A DNA stretch of 63,473 bases, the filler included, from Lenisia limosa (Eukaryota; Protista; Breviatea): NCBI GenBank assembly GCA_001655205.1. It is 17 parts of 17 records of this genome, joined end to end, with 100 filler letters (N's around TTAATTAATTAA, not from the genome) between each part and the next. Parts side by side here need not be neighbours in the genome. Positions count along the whole stretch, not along the records: positions 24,848 to 31,018 come from LPNZ01007200.1; positions 31,119 to 39,356 come from LPNZ01001322.1; 15 more parts are not named here. One strand, given 5' to 3'. Below are positions 24,848 through 38,900 of the stretch, piece by piece (the first letter of the stretch is position 1; every line of letters starts with the position of its first letter). The notes under the pieces were generated by a model. That model saw only the letters and a list, made by a program, of their open reading frames with translations, was not told the DNA's origin and searched no databases. The position numbers were made by a program, and so were the translations under genes.

Positions 24848-27800
24848 GGAGCCCGCAAAAGGAGGTTCGCAGCCGCAAAACAAAGTCCCTGGCGTGTATT
24901 AAATAGTTGTATGGTTTTCTGTTTTCTGTTTTGGATGTATTTTTGTTCAGTTAAGCATACTTTGGTTTCTGGTGGCGTTCGAGACCTTTTCATTGTACGT
25001 TGAGGCATTGAGGAATTCGTGAAAAACTTGGGTTCCCACATTTTACACTGGCATTGAAAGTCCAAAAATAAAGGATCAAATACACTAAAACAACTACTCA
25101 TGGAATAAAGAAACAGAACCTCCTATAATACTATGTGTATACCTAAAGAAAAAGAGATCTCCACATTACAATAATATACAGGCCAGAGCGATACTGTAGG
25201 CGTTGAGGAGGAAGGGGGTCCAATCGCTCATGCCCTAGGCAATTAAAATGAAGAATATTGGCTTCAAACTAGGGGGGGGGGGGGNNNNNNNNNNNNNNNN
25301 NNNNNNNNNNNNNNNNNNNNNNNNNNNNNNNNNNNNNNNNNNNNNNNNNNNNNNNNNNNNNNNNNNNNNNNTGGCTGACAACACATAAGGGTTGATAACA
25401 ACAAACAAAGCCCAGGCCAGTCACCGCATCCCATCTCTCCAAGTAGGGGGGAGAGGGGAGTAAAATTGGAAAATTTATGAAACAAAAAAGCCGAAAGAAA
25501 AAGGACGGAGATTACGATGAAGACTACTTTAATGTTATCATGAACCGAAGTTTGAAAATTAGAGACATTCGGAATGAGAGTGTTAGTCCATGTTATTATC
25601 ACGACACAGATAAACAGATGTTCATCATTTTGATTCCATTCCATCTAACCATCAAATAGAGGCTCGCAGAATAAGCAGCAAAGTTGACCGGGATGTGTAT
25701 CAAGTGCTGTGACACACTTGATGAAGCGGACTGTTGGACCTGTTTTGTGTCAGGAAGAAATGATAGCTGTTTTGCATATTTTACAGGAAACGATGGTTGT
25801 TTTGTATCAGTTGGGATGATGGCTGTTTTGTATCAGTTGGGAATAAGGATGATGGTTGTTTTGTATCAGTTGGACATGAGTAAGGATGATGGTTGTTTTG
25901 TATCAGTTGGAAGTAAGGATGATGGTTGTTGGACTTTTTTCAGAGTCGCAATTATTCGTAGCTTCTAATTTAATGGCACCTCCCTCCCCACTTGACAACA
26001 CATATTGCGAATGGCGTTGTTCTCCAAAGACTCTGAAATGGGTCAAACAGGATTGCAATCGAAAGTAATCGAAAATAATCAAAACAGTTCAAAGGTTCAA
26101 CTGAAACAAGTTAGAACATCATGAAACCTAAAAATGGTGCGGCCCAGCTACGGTTTTGGTTTTTGTTTTATTTTTATCGATGAAATTGATATGGTGAGTC
26201 AACAAATGCAAGTCAGATCGTACTGAGATTGTAAAAACCTTTCCAGGTAACTCAGAATCTACCCAGCCAGTTGAGATAGTAGATAAAGATAATGGGGAGA
26301 ATGTAGGAGGAGAAACAAGAGAGAAAAAAATGTCTTTTTAATCATAATAACAAAAAAATGATCTGAAATGATAATAATAAAGGTGTTCAAATGCAAAAAT
26401 AAAACAATTATGGTAACAGTAACAGTATCTCACTCTTAAAACACAAAAATAAAGAAGATTAAGTCAAGCAGGGGAATCAAAAAGCATTGGGCCAAGCCCT
26501 GTATACTTGTAAACAGATAGCATACGAATATAGTGAGATTGCTCGACCATCGCCTGTGTCTGGTGTTGCGGAATGGTGTTCATAAGTTCCTTGCGTTTGG
26601 TGTTCATCTAAAAGGTTTGTGTTTTGAGAGTTTTGCCTTGTTTTAGAGAAAACAAAGTTGTATCTGGCCAAAGCGGTCCACATCGTCACATGTAATATTG
26701 GACTATAGTATACTATTAATCCACCCAATCATTTGCCTTACAACTCAGACCGCTTTTTGTGTGCGTCCCCAACATAAGAAATTTTAATAAATAGTATTTA
26801 TTGTAGAATCGTCAGTATTAATGTTGTATTTGGGCTCATTTCAAACAAAAAGGATATCTGGCTTGGGTCATTCATACCTCAGATCGTTTAGCAACAAACT
26901 TCTCAAAGGGCGTTCGAAACATCGAGGAGATGATGGCGGCGGGGGCATGGGACCAAGCCTGAAATGGCACCATCAAATAGGGACGCCAATTATGAGATAT
27001 AAGAAACTAAAAAAAAGTAAATAGTACAATTTGTTAATTTCATCGACAGAATACTGTTCTTAATCAAGTACTCATCATTCGTGGAAGACAAATATATAAC
27101 TGTCGCGGTATACTTAAATGGGCTTCACTTCAGTTCGAAAAGGACCGTAAAAATCTCGATAGTTTCCGAGGATTTCTCGAGAAATTCAGTTTTTTTTTCG
27201 AATCAAAGTGAAGCCCTAGTTAGATACCTCCAACTCACAGACTAGTATCATTCAGAAACCCGACAAACATAGGCAGAAAGCAGGATGCTGATCAGATGTC
27301 CAGATTTAAATGAAGAAAGGCCAACTGACGAGAGCAATGTTGTGGAAATAATGTTACTGAGTCCTGGAAGCCTGGTGGGGACGGAGGGTAAAAATAGATA
27401 ATTTCTGAAAATAATAAACACAGCTCTATTCTATTCTGGAGGGGTGTAAGGGTAAGGGTGTGGAAAAAATCACCTCATGCTATAGAATTAAAAGACTTCT
27501 AGCCGACCAAGAAACATAGAAAAGGATACTCTGAACCCAGGGCTGGACCGGCTTTGTCTCGGCTGCCAACCTGGGGAGTAAAAATGTAAATTAAATGAAA
27601 ACAAAAAACAATCAAATGGTTAATTTTTTCAAAACACTCACAAAACAGGGGTGTTAATGTCAAAGTCTGACTACCCAAAATTCTGAAAATTCAAAATATA
27701 ACTTCCTTTTAGGAGATGAAATGTTTTGAGACACACTTACAAATGAAAAAGTGATGAAACAAAAAATGACACCCAAAGTAAACACTGGCTAAACACGAGG

Positions 27801-29260
27801 GTTGCCAAATAAAAAAAAAGGGTAGCGATGAAAATGGTGATTCAAGACCGAATGCAAACCAGAAGTAGAAGAGGGAAATTGCGCAAAGAATTGTAGCTGC
27901 ATGGATCGGCATCCCTAAGTAAAGTTAGAAGGTGATCGTTGAAGCACAGACAACACTGGAGATATCACCAGTACTTTGATTCTAAAGAGTTCCTATCCTT
28001 TTGCACTAATGTGGGGTGTGAATTGCAGGACATTATTATCACATTTTGACAAGCTACCCCTCCTACGTTTTCTGAGGATCGAACTTGCGACAGCGACAAA
28101 GAGAGTCGCATGCAACCACTCTTTCGGCTCCTAAAAAGGTAAAAGTGAATCGGTACTTGTGGTTCTACTAAGACGTGTACATTATCGAGCTAATATATCA
28201 TATTTATTGAGAACATATCGAGAATAAAGTTTTTCAGAACCAATAGTAATGCTCAAGAAAAAAGAATTCGAGCCTAAAAGACAAGGATATACCGCGGTTC
28301 TCAAGCTTATAAATCTTCAGTTCTTTTGTTTTTGAGAACAAAATTTGAGGCAATTTTACTGAGTCAAAAAGAGCTTAAATATTTTGAATACAGCGCATTA
28401 TATTGAAAAGAAGAAGTTAACAATGGTCCCAGATTTTCACAAAACAAAAACACCACCTTACTTTCAGAAGACTATCAACAGGAAGCTCGTTACTGCTACA
28501 GAGGTATAATAAGGAAATATTACACAGAATTTAGAAAAGAAAGTTGACACTGAATAGTGCAGTTTCATAAATATGGTGTCAAATGCATACTACCCTCACC
28601 TCAAATTGATACACACAAGAACTCCTGCTGTGAAGCAAATGACTCGAGATATCCACTAATTGGTTAAATTGAAGATCTTTTCGAACTTGAAGAAGAATGA
28701 ACGATAATAGCCTGACGTTTGAAAACTCGAAAGAAGACAGTGTTAGATATAAGAAAAAGAGAAAAAGCGAAAGGATAACGTCATAAAGCCATTCCAACTA
28801 ACCTTTACCACAACATAACTGTTTTCTTGTGAATTTGCCATTTTCCTCACTAGATCTGCAATGAGAAACGCCTCAAGAACTGGGCGCAGAACTTCTAAAT
28901 ATGGTAAGTACCAGAAACACAGCTTCCAAAAAGTATTTAGAATAAATTTCATGAAGAATGCTGGATTTGACAAATCTATATAGCTATACATATGGATATA
29001 ATATCATATACATACATGTATATTACATGTACATATCAGATACACAGTGTATATACAGTGACCGAGATAAGTCTTGACTTATTTTCCTTAGGAAATTACA
29101 TAGCAAATCGGTCAAGACTGATCCCGGTCACTGTATATTAAATGTAAATGCACTTTTAAATATGGAAAGAGCCCACCTGCACCATAAACCGCGGGTTCAA
29201 CAACGTCTTGAAGAAGTTCCGGGACTTCAGGGAGGCGTGTTATTGCAAAGGACAACCCCA
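24848..29260 (-). CDS. Large hypothetical multi-exon protein with hydrophobic segments
   Basis: Many short GT-AG exons, e.g. WISRVICFTAGVLVCINL, EPKEWLHATLFVAVASSILRK, LPGLSNIISTTLLSSVGLSSFKSGHLISILLSAY, AWSHAPAAIISSMFRTPFEKFVAKRSE. It may be more than one gene. Confidence 0.45.
25790..25935. repeat. Minisatellite GATGATGGTTGTTTTGTATCAGTTGG, about 4-5 copies
   Basis: Read directly from the sequence; spacers vary in length. Confidence 0.85.
29054..29135. mobile_element. Tc1/mariner-type MITE (TA|CAGTGACCGGGATAAGTCTTGAC...GTCAAGACTTATCCCGGTCACTG|TA)
   Basis: About 78-bp fold-back with TA on both sides. Other copies at 4770-4838, 16811-16885, 20893-20975, 39863-39940, 52055-52133; partial near 17444. 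Confidence 0.85.
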
Positions 29261-31118
29261 CCGTCCCAAAAAACGTCAGCGAATTGTCCTGTAATGTCAG
29301 TGATATGGAAATCGCAAACAAAAAAAGTGTAGTCGAAGCCGTTCGCATCATCATATTTATAAGAGATATGATTATGGTAAGAATTATGCTGAATAATCAT
29401 GAGTGTAATGTCAGAATTACAAAATCATCGTTTATATTTGAAAACTGTCAACCAAATGTTAACAAAAATTAAAACAAAGAAGGGCAATCACAAAAAAAGA
29501 ACATCAGCACACTCAACAGTTAATATGCTTATAAATCTTGAAATAATAAACCAACCAATAAAGGGAAAGCGTATAATAGCAGCGCACAACAGACATGAAG
29601 GGCAGATAACGCCAATAGAGTGAAATGAACGTGCTCCGAAGTGCCTATTATGTTAATACTCGACAAAAGACTGCATCTCAATAAATCTCGAAAACAACCA
29701 TATTAACAGCATTTGAGATCTCACAAAACTGTCCAAAAGCGGCTGTTGTTAAGGAGAATAAGAAGCAAGTGTCCGAAAAAGAAGAGAAACAGAGATGACG
29801 AGCAGTTATAAAAGGACAGAGAAATATATACTACCCAACGTACCAGACAAATAGACGTAATAGGTCTCAATTAGAAGAAAGCATAGCGAAAACGGAGTGA
29901 AGGTCGTGCACCCCGGAAGCGGCAGCATCGTCCTGACATGGTCACTGGTAAACAAAGACAAGACAAAATATCGAGAAGTATCGATATTGGATTTACCAAG
30001 TTTGGTAGTTTGGTCTAAAATGATTGTTGTTTGTCTACGTCCAAAGCTGTATACTGAACATCTCACATTCCAGACCCAGTACCCATATCGCTTTTCTGAA
30101 CCTCTCACGTCCCCAGACCGAGTAATCATATCGCTTTTTACCCATCCAACCAGAAATACTCTATTGCAAGAATGATGTTACAGTAAACAGTGAATCACAT
30201 ATTTGAGGATCACACAAGTCACAATTCTGCCAGATTGTATTACTTGGCCAATAAAGCTGTATTATTGCACACACTATCACACTATCACCCGTAGAGCAAC
30301 CCTCCTAACCTTAGAGGAAGAGTTCAAATAAGGCTATTTGCGTAGCAGGCTGTAGTTGACTAACCATTCACCTATTTTCACACTACAGCGTTTTTGAAAC
30401 ACCTATTTAGCGGTCAAAAGGGGAAAAGGGTGGTCTTTTTGAGCAAGTGCAAGGAAATCGCCGGCGGGTCTAACTCCGATCATGCTCCGATTTCATTCAG
30501 GAGACCAGGCGGCTTGAAATAATAATTAAATGATATAGAGAGCGGATAGTTGCCACTTTTTAGTGCGAATGTTGCAAATTTTGTGTAATATAGAACAAAG
30601 CAGAGTTAGTATAGATCACAGTTGAACATCAAATTTGAATTTCAGTTCCATTTGAACAGAGAAGAGTAGCTCTTTCACTTTCATCACACCATGCCCGTTG
30701 GAGGCTTCACTTCCATCAAGGTCAGCGCTTAATGATAGTATTAAGGCTATTAAAAATGATAAAGAGGAGCCTTCGTCCAATTGGCCCTCTCTCCTTCCTA
30801 CCTTGATATGATACTATTTTCAATGTTTGATCTTATTTCTCTTCTCACAACATTTCCTTTCTCAAATTCCCCTTTTCGCCCTCCAACCCCAGTCTGACCA
30901 ATTGTTTCAAACTTGTGTTTCCAGTCTGACTAATTGTTTCAACCTTGTTTGTCAAATACATAGTTGTTCTTTTCATTGTTTTTCCAACATTTACGGTTTT
31001 GAGGGTGTTGTTTTCCAGNNNNNNNNNNNNNNNNNNNNNNNNNNNNNNNNNNNNNNNNNNNNTTAATTAATTAANNNNNNNNNNNNNNNNNNNNNNNNNN
31101 NNNNNNNNNNNNNNNNNN

Positions 31119-31461
31119 CTGTATCGATTGGGGGGCGTCCAGCTTTAGCAGGTTCGTAAAGAATGCAACTAGGATTTGTAATAAACCGTTGATAGCCTCT
31201 ACGAAACGCATTGTCAGTGATTAAGATGGAATATCTTGAATGGTAATCAATAATTGAAAAACAATGGCGGGGAAGGCTTCCCGGGAGATAACGCTGGTCG
31301 TGATAAGCTTCACATGCTTTTCTGAGGAATAGGTTCCTCTCAGAAGCGTTGAGGAAGGTGTAAAAACTCGAGGGCTCAAGCGAGAATTGTGGTTTAAGGC
31401 CCTGCTTCCTCCGTTTTAGGTCAAATGGAACTTGTAAAACTGGATAAGGTCTATTTTCCAT
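31119..31461 (-). CDS. Hypothetical protein, long open exon truncated at spacer
   Basis: About 114 open codons (MENRPYPVLQVPFDLKRRKQ...) in otherwise stop-rich DNA. No motif recognised. Confidence 0.4.
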
Positions 31462-32423
31462 CTCAAACAGGGGAAAATCAAAGAAGAAAATTAGTCAAAA
31501 GCGAAAAGTAATCAATGATTACTTTCAGTTGGGCTTGTCTTCTGAAAAAAAAGCTGATGCTTTGTAAATATTTGATGTTTAAACATTAATATTGCATAAA
31601 GTATAATGAATAAGAACACAATGGGTCAAAGAGAGAACTTTATTGTTTTCGTGAACAAGATCTTCTTTTTTATTTTTTTGGTGAAAGGTGATCTTGTTCC
31701 AAAATCCCCCTTTTTCTATTTTGGCTCCTGGATGTTGTATTTATGCATTTCTACTTTACAAATATGCACTTTGCTGCGTTTTATCAGATATCCCCCCCTT
31801 AATCATCCATAGTTCTGAAATATTGCTAGTGCTTCTTGCACATAGCTTTGTACCATTTTCCATCAAAAACTTAAAATGACATTAACTACTTCTGCGTGAT
31901 GAAGGAGGCTAAAGGTTATCTTGGTAACAATGGGAGTAAAAGGTCTAAAAATAAAAAATAAAAAAAATCGGATTAAACCGGATTTAGCGCCCGTAGCATA
32001 TAGTATGCTTCACTTGGTGGTATAGTTTTAAAGGTTTATCGTGAATTTCCGTGTTTTGTCAAACCGAAATGAAGCCCAAATGCTGACATTTTTAGAACGC
32101 GGATGCCGTGGAAGCCTGTCAGCAACCACCCCTTTTCAACGTCATGGTGGAGGGAGAAAAAGTGGGGTTGGGTTGATGGGGGGGGGGGNNNNNNNNNNNN
32201 NNNNNNNNNNNNNNNNNNNNNNNNNNNNNNNNNNNNNNNNNNNNNNNNNNNNNNNNNNNNNNNNNNGGGATAAAGAAACAAGTACTCGATAACACTCTTA
32301 AACGATTATAACAGTCATTTTTTGGATCTTTTTTTTGAGAAAAGGAATGTTGGTGAAACAAAAGGAAAATGACATTACAAACAATATTAAAATCACATCT
32401 GAATCCTATCTGTGACACATCAG

Positions 32424-33309
32424 GCCCTCGCAGATCTCGAGTCTATTCACCCTTCCGCGCTTTTCTCAGAGTAGGCCAAAGCTACGCAGCAGAATTTCTG
32501 CGTAGAAGTGGTGCATTACTATTCATTTGGATCTTCTTTGTTTTGTTTTTGGTTTTTTCTACATTTCCACTTACCGGCTAGGCTCGAGACTATTGCTCTG
32601 CAATCCATTTGGACCCAGTTTGCCTCGCTTCCCGTCTCCTCTCTCCCTAATATAATGGAGGCTCTTTCTGTTGGTGGAAAGGGGTGTTCGAACCTGTGCA
32701 ATATTGAAAATAGTTTCAAAATTGGAAGTGAGACAATGGGAACTCCTTTTCAGGAACTTAAATTTACAATTTTTGTCATATATTAATTGCACGGAGCCCT
32801 ACTTTTTGATAATCTTGGGATACCTCATCGAGATAGGTATGTCATCCATTTCTTTTGTTGTTATATTCTTTCTTACTAAATCGGCAATCATTCCAGTACC
32901 TCGTTTTTGCAACCAAAAAAATGATCTTCTCACAGCCCCTAGGATCTTTATGAGCTTATTAAGGCTGGCCTGCGGCCACTGGACAGCTTGAGTGTCAAAC
33001 CTGCTGCTACTTTGTGGGTGGGGTGTTCACTTCGGTTCGAAAAAGTTCAAAAATATATATTGATAGTTTTCGAGGATTTATCGAGAAATTCAGTCTTTTT
33101 TTGAACCGAAGTGAGAGTATGGAGCGGTATTTTTGGGGCTGTGGGGGAGGAGGTAGCTTTGGGGGCAAGTTTTTGTGGATAGTTTGTGAGTATTTTTGGT
33201 TGTGGGAGAGTTAAGTAAGTTTGTGTGTTAATTTGGGGGAAGGGGTGCCAATCTTGCTTGTACTCTGTGTGTGGATGGGGATCTTAGTGTTTGTCTGTGT
33301 GTGTGTTTG

Positions 33310-33359
<50 letters not shown>

Positions 33360-35620
33360 CATGTGTGTGTGTCTGTGTGTGCATGTGTGTGTGCATGTGT
33401 CTGTGTGTGTGTGTGTGTTTTTTTTTTGGAGGGTGGTAATTAGATAATTGAATTAGAAACTGAATTCTTNNNNNNNNNNNNNNNNNNNNNNNNNNNNNNN
33501 NNNNNNNNNNNNNNNNNNNNNNNNNNNNNNNNNNNNNNNNNNNNNNNNNNNNNNNNNNNNNNNNNNNNNNNNNNNNNNNNNNNNNNNNNNNNNNNNNNNN
33601 NNNNNNNNNNNNNNNNNNNNNNNNNNNNNNNNNNNNNNNNNNNNNNNNNNNNNNNNNNNNNNNNNNNNNNNNNNNNNNNNNNNNNNNNNNNNNNNAAAGA
33701 AGTTTTATTCTTGACTTTGATCGGGGAAGTAAGCTGTTTTTTGAACAATAAAGAACGGTATGTTTAAAAGTTAGAAAGGGGATGAACAGTATTTTGTATA
33801 GTAAATCATGGGACAGCTTGAAGCAGAGTTCAACCAAACTAGACCCCCGCCCCCGATCAATCCTCCACAATTAGGGCTTCACTTTGTTCAAAAAAGCCTG
33901 AATTTCTCGATAAATCCTCGAAAAAGCATCTATTTTATCGGTATTTTCCCTTCAAACCCATTTTTGCCCAACCTTAAAACAAATTCTTGACGCGCAGTAT
34001 TCTCACGATCCAGATCGACGTCTCCCCGGGGTTACTTTCTCTTCTTCTTCTGGGGGATGCCTTGATCCCTCAGGTTGATATGGAACTATTATGGAAGCTT
34101 TGTCAGGAGTGTGAGTGGGATTAGTTCTTCCTTGAGTATTAGGGAATATATTGCAAATAATTAGGTTTTGGGTACAAAAAAAGACTGAATTCCTCGATAA
34201 TCCCATACCAATGTCCCCCATCCCCTAATCTTGTTGCTACCTCTACCCCTCACCCCACCCCCACCTTTGTTTTTATTCTAATTGCAATAATCTCTCCAGC
34301 CAATTCACAGCCGCTTTATCGCGAGGCTATCATGCTTCTTGTAACAGGTGGGTGGTAATATACGCAGGGCTTCACTTTTGGTTTCAAACAAATCCTTGCG
34401 TCCCAAAAATACAACGATAGTTCTTCAATAATTCAGTCTTTTTGGCTTCACTTTTGGTTTCAAAAAAGACTGAAATATTGATGAATCTCGCAGTCTTTTT
34501 GGGATGGAGTGAAGCTCTAATAATTGTTGATATTGTCTGATGTTACATACACTTGCGATGTTCTTCAAATAACTGCGGTTGCTGTATATCATACAAATAA
34601 TAGATAAAAAATTAAACTAGGTTGAATCTGGTCGAAGCCTTTCACACCAACACGCTGATATTGAATTCTGGTAAACATGTTACGTTACCATCACCCCTAC
34701 AAGCATCTCTCTTTGTTAATACTGCACCCTGAGGGAACCTTTTTTGTAACATCTCACCCTCTATAAGTGTCTCTTTTGTGTTTGGCAATTCAATGCGAGG
34801 AAAACCTCCTTATATTCATTTCACCTAATAGGAGAGCCCTTTTTGTTTACCCTGGATAAGGATCCCCTTTTTGTTGAGCAACTCTCCCCAACTTGTCCCC
34901 AACCCTCCTTATATTGTTATTTCACGGTTTTTTTTGTTTCATAAAATTTCCTTTTACTTCACAGGAGAACATGACAACAGGTGTCCCGCTTATTTCTTTA
35001 CCAGGCTCGACCAACATACGGTAAGAGAGGAGGGATGCTTGACCAAATTACTGTGAGGGGTGGAGGGGTGACGTAGACTGGGGGGGGGGTGATCTTGAAT
35101 GTGGTATGGGCGTTTGTTGTTTGATTCTGGTGTAAGGTCGGTTAAAAACTCACGTGTTCATTAAAACACATTAGGTGACCGTTTTCACTCATATAAGGTT
35201 CTAACAATATCCAAATCCCCCCTCACCCCACATTCAAGCTAGAGCCCCCTCCTTTTTCACCCGTCTTCTCACAACCATACACAACTCCCTCACCCCCGGC
35301 CATAGTTCCGCATCTTCTGTAGCTAATAGAATCTAGGTATAAATAAATCAGTCTGTATTCATCTTCTCTAGCAGCATGTTAATCTTTGATTGTCCCATTT
35401 CATCTTTAATATTCATCCTATATCATTCTTTGATAGCCCTGTATTCATCTTCTCTAGATATAGCAATATTCATCTTCTCCTGCCCCATATTCATTTTCTC
35501 TTGCTATATTCATCTTCTCTAGCCTCATGTTTATCTTCTCTAGCCCCTTCATCTTTTACAGGTTCGAACAGGCGCGTCAGTTTCAAGCCTCTCCTAAATG
35601 CCGTGTTTTGTGTACAAAGT
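32424..35620 (+). CDS. Hypothetical helical multi-exon protein
   Basis: Exons ALADLESIHPSALFS, RLETIALQSIWTQFASLPVSSLPNIMEALS, DLYELIKAGLRPLDSLSVKPAAT, ILTIQIDVSPGLLSLLLLGDALIPQ, ENMTTGVPLISLPGSTNIR. Confidence 0.45.
33290..33420. repeat. (CT)n/(TG)n microsatellite
   Basis: Read directly from the sequence. Confidence 0.9.
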
Positions 35621-35907
35621 TACGTGTGTGTACTGTATCAGTTTTGGGACTAGGCTCTTGCCTCTCAAGTTGTTTCTCTCTTATTCAAATGGATTTATTA
35701 ATTTCACCCACATTTCGTAAGAATCGTTAGAATCACAACAATCATGCAGGTGATAATAATCCATGGACATGGGGAGTGGTTAAACTGAGAATGCTGTCAA
35801 GATATACTTGTACATCAAAATTGCAATCAACTGAACTGATCAAACAAGTATCATTTAAACACGTTTCCACAGTTCTCATCAGACCAGTATAGTTGAGGTT
35901 GAAGGGT

Positions 35908-38900
35908 TCAAACTTTGAACGAGTCAAAATCATTCGCGATTAACACCTAAAGAATGATCAATTGAAAGATGGGTGTAGAAAAAAACTACACACACACAAC
36001 ACAAACAAAAGAACACACACACACACCACTGAACTCCCACATCAAATTCGTTAAGATTATTACAAGAGACATCACAATTCCTTCTCCCCAAGCTTAACAC
36101 AGTAAAGAACCCTCCGCTACCTCGGGTATCACATCAGAGTTGACAGTTGAGTAGCCTGATTGACAGCTTTTGATAGTGGTTTCTTCCCAACTAAGGAGTC
36201 AGCTACAGCTTGGAGGGCTTCACTTCGGTTCAAAAAAGACTGAGTTTCGCGATAAATATCCCGCAACCCACCAGTTCAGTTCTTCGGGCGAATCAGAGCT
36301 GTAGCGACCGCTGAAATGCGTCAAAATGACCTTTTTGGCACCTAAGTGGGCCGAGTGTTGGCCCGCCATTGACCTACACGGAAGGTGACATCAGGAACAA
36401 AGGAAAATAATGACAAGGATATCAATTATGTTACATATCATCATATGTGATAGAATTTATTATACAACACAGGATAACTTGAAATTCTTAGCAAAAATAG
36501 GCCAAACAAAATCTATATGTGTGAATATGAGCAAACGGGGTTGAATGGCCATTCTCAAGTGCCTTCTCATGCAGGTCGTCATCGTAAGTTGCCTCATGAA
36601 CCACTGCATCGACAGGAGGTACTACTCAGTAAATAAGCAGGTATTTAAGCGAACGTTACAATTTGGCGTGGAAAGACTGTCATATTATCTACAGGAATAT
36701 TTCGACACCCCCTTTCCCATTTCTGTGGGTAAAATTACGATTTTACATAAGAATACAAGTTAATTGCCCCTACTCACGATCAACTAACTCCTTGGCTGCT
36801 GATGACGTGTCACCAAACACCACCACCGACTTTCCCAAAACGGGCGGGCCCATGACGTCATCAGCCTGTTTTGGTAAGCCATAGACAATACCTAAAAAAA
36901 AAATCGAGAAGCTCAGTTAGTTTTCAATGCCCGAAAATGAAAAAGATTGATACCAAAATAGCCACCTACCTTAATCAACTTGTCGTTAATTTGAATTTCT
37001 CCACAATTGAGAAGTTCACCAACTTGCTTGCCTTTTATGCCAAGGCTCTGCGCTTTCTTCATATCTACCTTTCCTGTCAAGGTGACTAGAGACAAAATAA
37101 CGACTCATTGTTTCATATTAGGGCTCCGTGCAATTAATTGTTAATTGTAAATTTTGAAGTGCCAATGAAAAGGTTGTATCTGGTCGAAGACATACACTAT
37201 TCACCATTCAGAGAGATTGGAAACACATACATGTACATGTATGATATACCAACAGACTCATTAATTGTGAGAAATGATGGGGGGAGGGGGAGGTGCGAGA
37301 AAGTCGTCTTCCATCCCGATAAAAAAGACAATAGTCACAAATCCAATTTTCTGAACAATTCAATTGCCATATATTGAAGGTTCACTTTAGTTAACTTACC
37401 TCTTTTGGAAGGTTCAACGATTCGATACGCTACACACGGCATTGTGTGGGTCAGAGGGGCAGAGAAAAGCTCTCCAAAAGTATCCCTGGATAGGAAATGA
37501 GACATGGAGGGAGTATCAGGTCGAAACTGTCCACAGCATCACGTTAAATAAGAGGTATAAATCATAGATTCTGGTCAAAGCGGTTGAGTTCTTCCCGTTT
37601 ATAACATAATACTCATTCTCCTAGCCATTTGACTCTGTTACCATCTACGGACCCGAAGGATTGCAAGAGTATGTCAATGTTGCTATGAAGTTCACTGTAA
37701 CTTATGTTTCATACCCGGTGAGAACGCCATTTGATATACAACAGAATCCCTTGATAATAGAGCACCAAAAAAAGAGAAAGTTCCAATCAATCATCATCTT
37801 GCTTAAAAAATACGTTACATCCTCCTCCTCAAAATTGTGAATCATTGTCCCCCTTACTCCTTATCATCACCCTCTTCTCCGAGAGGCCACTGTAGCTTTT
37901 GCGGTTCCGAAGTCGATACTTCCNNNNNNNNNNNNNNNNNNNNNNNNNNNNNNNNNNNNNNNNNNNNNNNNNNNNNNNNNNNNNNNNNNNNNNNNNNNNN
38001 NNNNNNNNNNNNNNNNNNNNNNNTACCCCCAGAATAACAACAAATCAAACCAAAATCACTGCGTTCTCACCGGGTATGAAACATAAGTTCCAGTGAACTT
38101 CATAGCAACATTGACATACTCTTGCAATCCTTCGGGTCCATAGATGGTAACAGGGTCCTAGATGAGGACGTTAATTGCCGCGGTTTGATAAACTTCAAGT
38201 CCATTTTTGAATCTATTGATTTAAAAGAACTTCGTATTGAGTTCCATTTTTGTAAAATATGACATGATATACAAGTATATTGCTGACAGTATTTATTTAA
38301 AGGGAATATTGTCGATTTATCGAGCAAATTGATAACATAAATGAAAGGTAAAGTCAGCGTATCTCAGAATGGACTTTGCCCCCTCAATATTTTCAAACAG
38401 TTTTTTCAAGTTACACCCCCCACCGTACGGCCTCGAAGGGATAAAGAAGCCAATAGTCCAGGTAACCCGAATACATGGTCTCCATGTAGGCTAAGAAGAA
38501 GTAAGTGTGCAAATAACATGTCATATGAAGTTGAGCAGTGTTAGTGTCTACATGTCACATTCACCAGTGTAAATGTGATGTTAATACACACAGGTATGCC
38601 TTCCCTATGGTCCCAAAAAAGACTGAATTTCTCGATAAATCTGCGATAAATATCGCTATTTTCACGGTCTTTTTGGGACCGCAGGGAAGCCCTACTCACA
38701 AGTGAGAATATCGTACAATGATATATTCATCGAATATGTACATACATATCGAATCTTATATTACTGGCCAAAGTTTTTTATCATGGATCTCTTGGAAAAT
38801 TTTTTTTTTGAGAAATCCACGATAAAACCTATATATACTATTTGAGATAGAAGTCGCCCCCTTTCATACTGGGTAATGAAAATAGCCTGGATTTTGGCAG

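Noticed and set aside
33211-33870. 219-aa ORF with HTHT/ERER runs
   Set aside because: It is a microsatellite plus an N-run read-through, not a credible protein.
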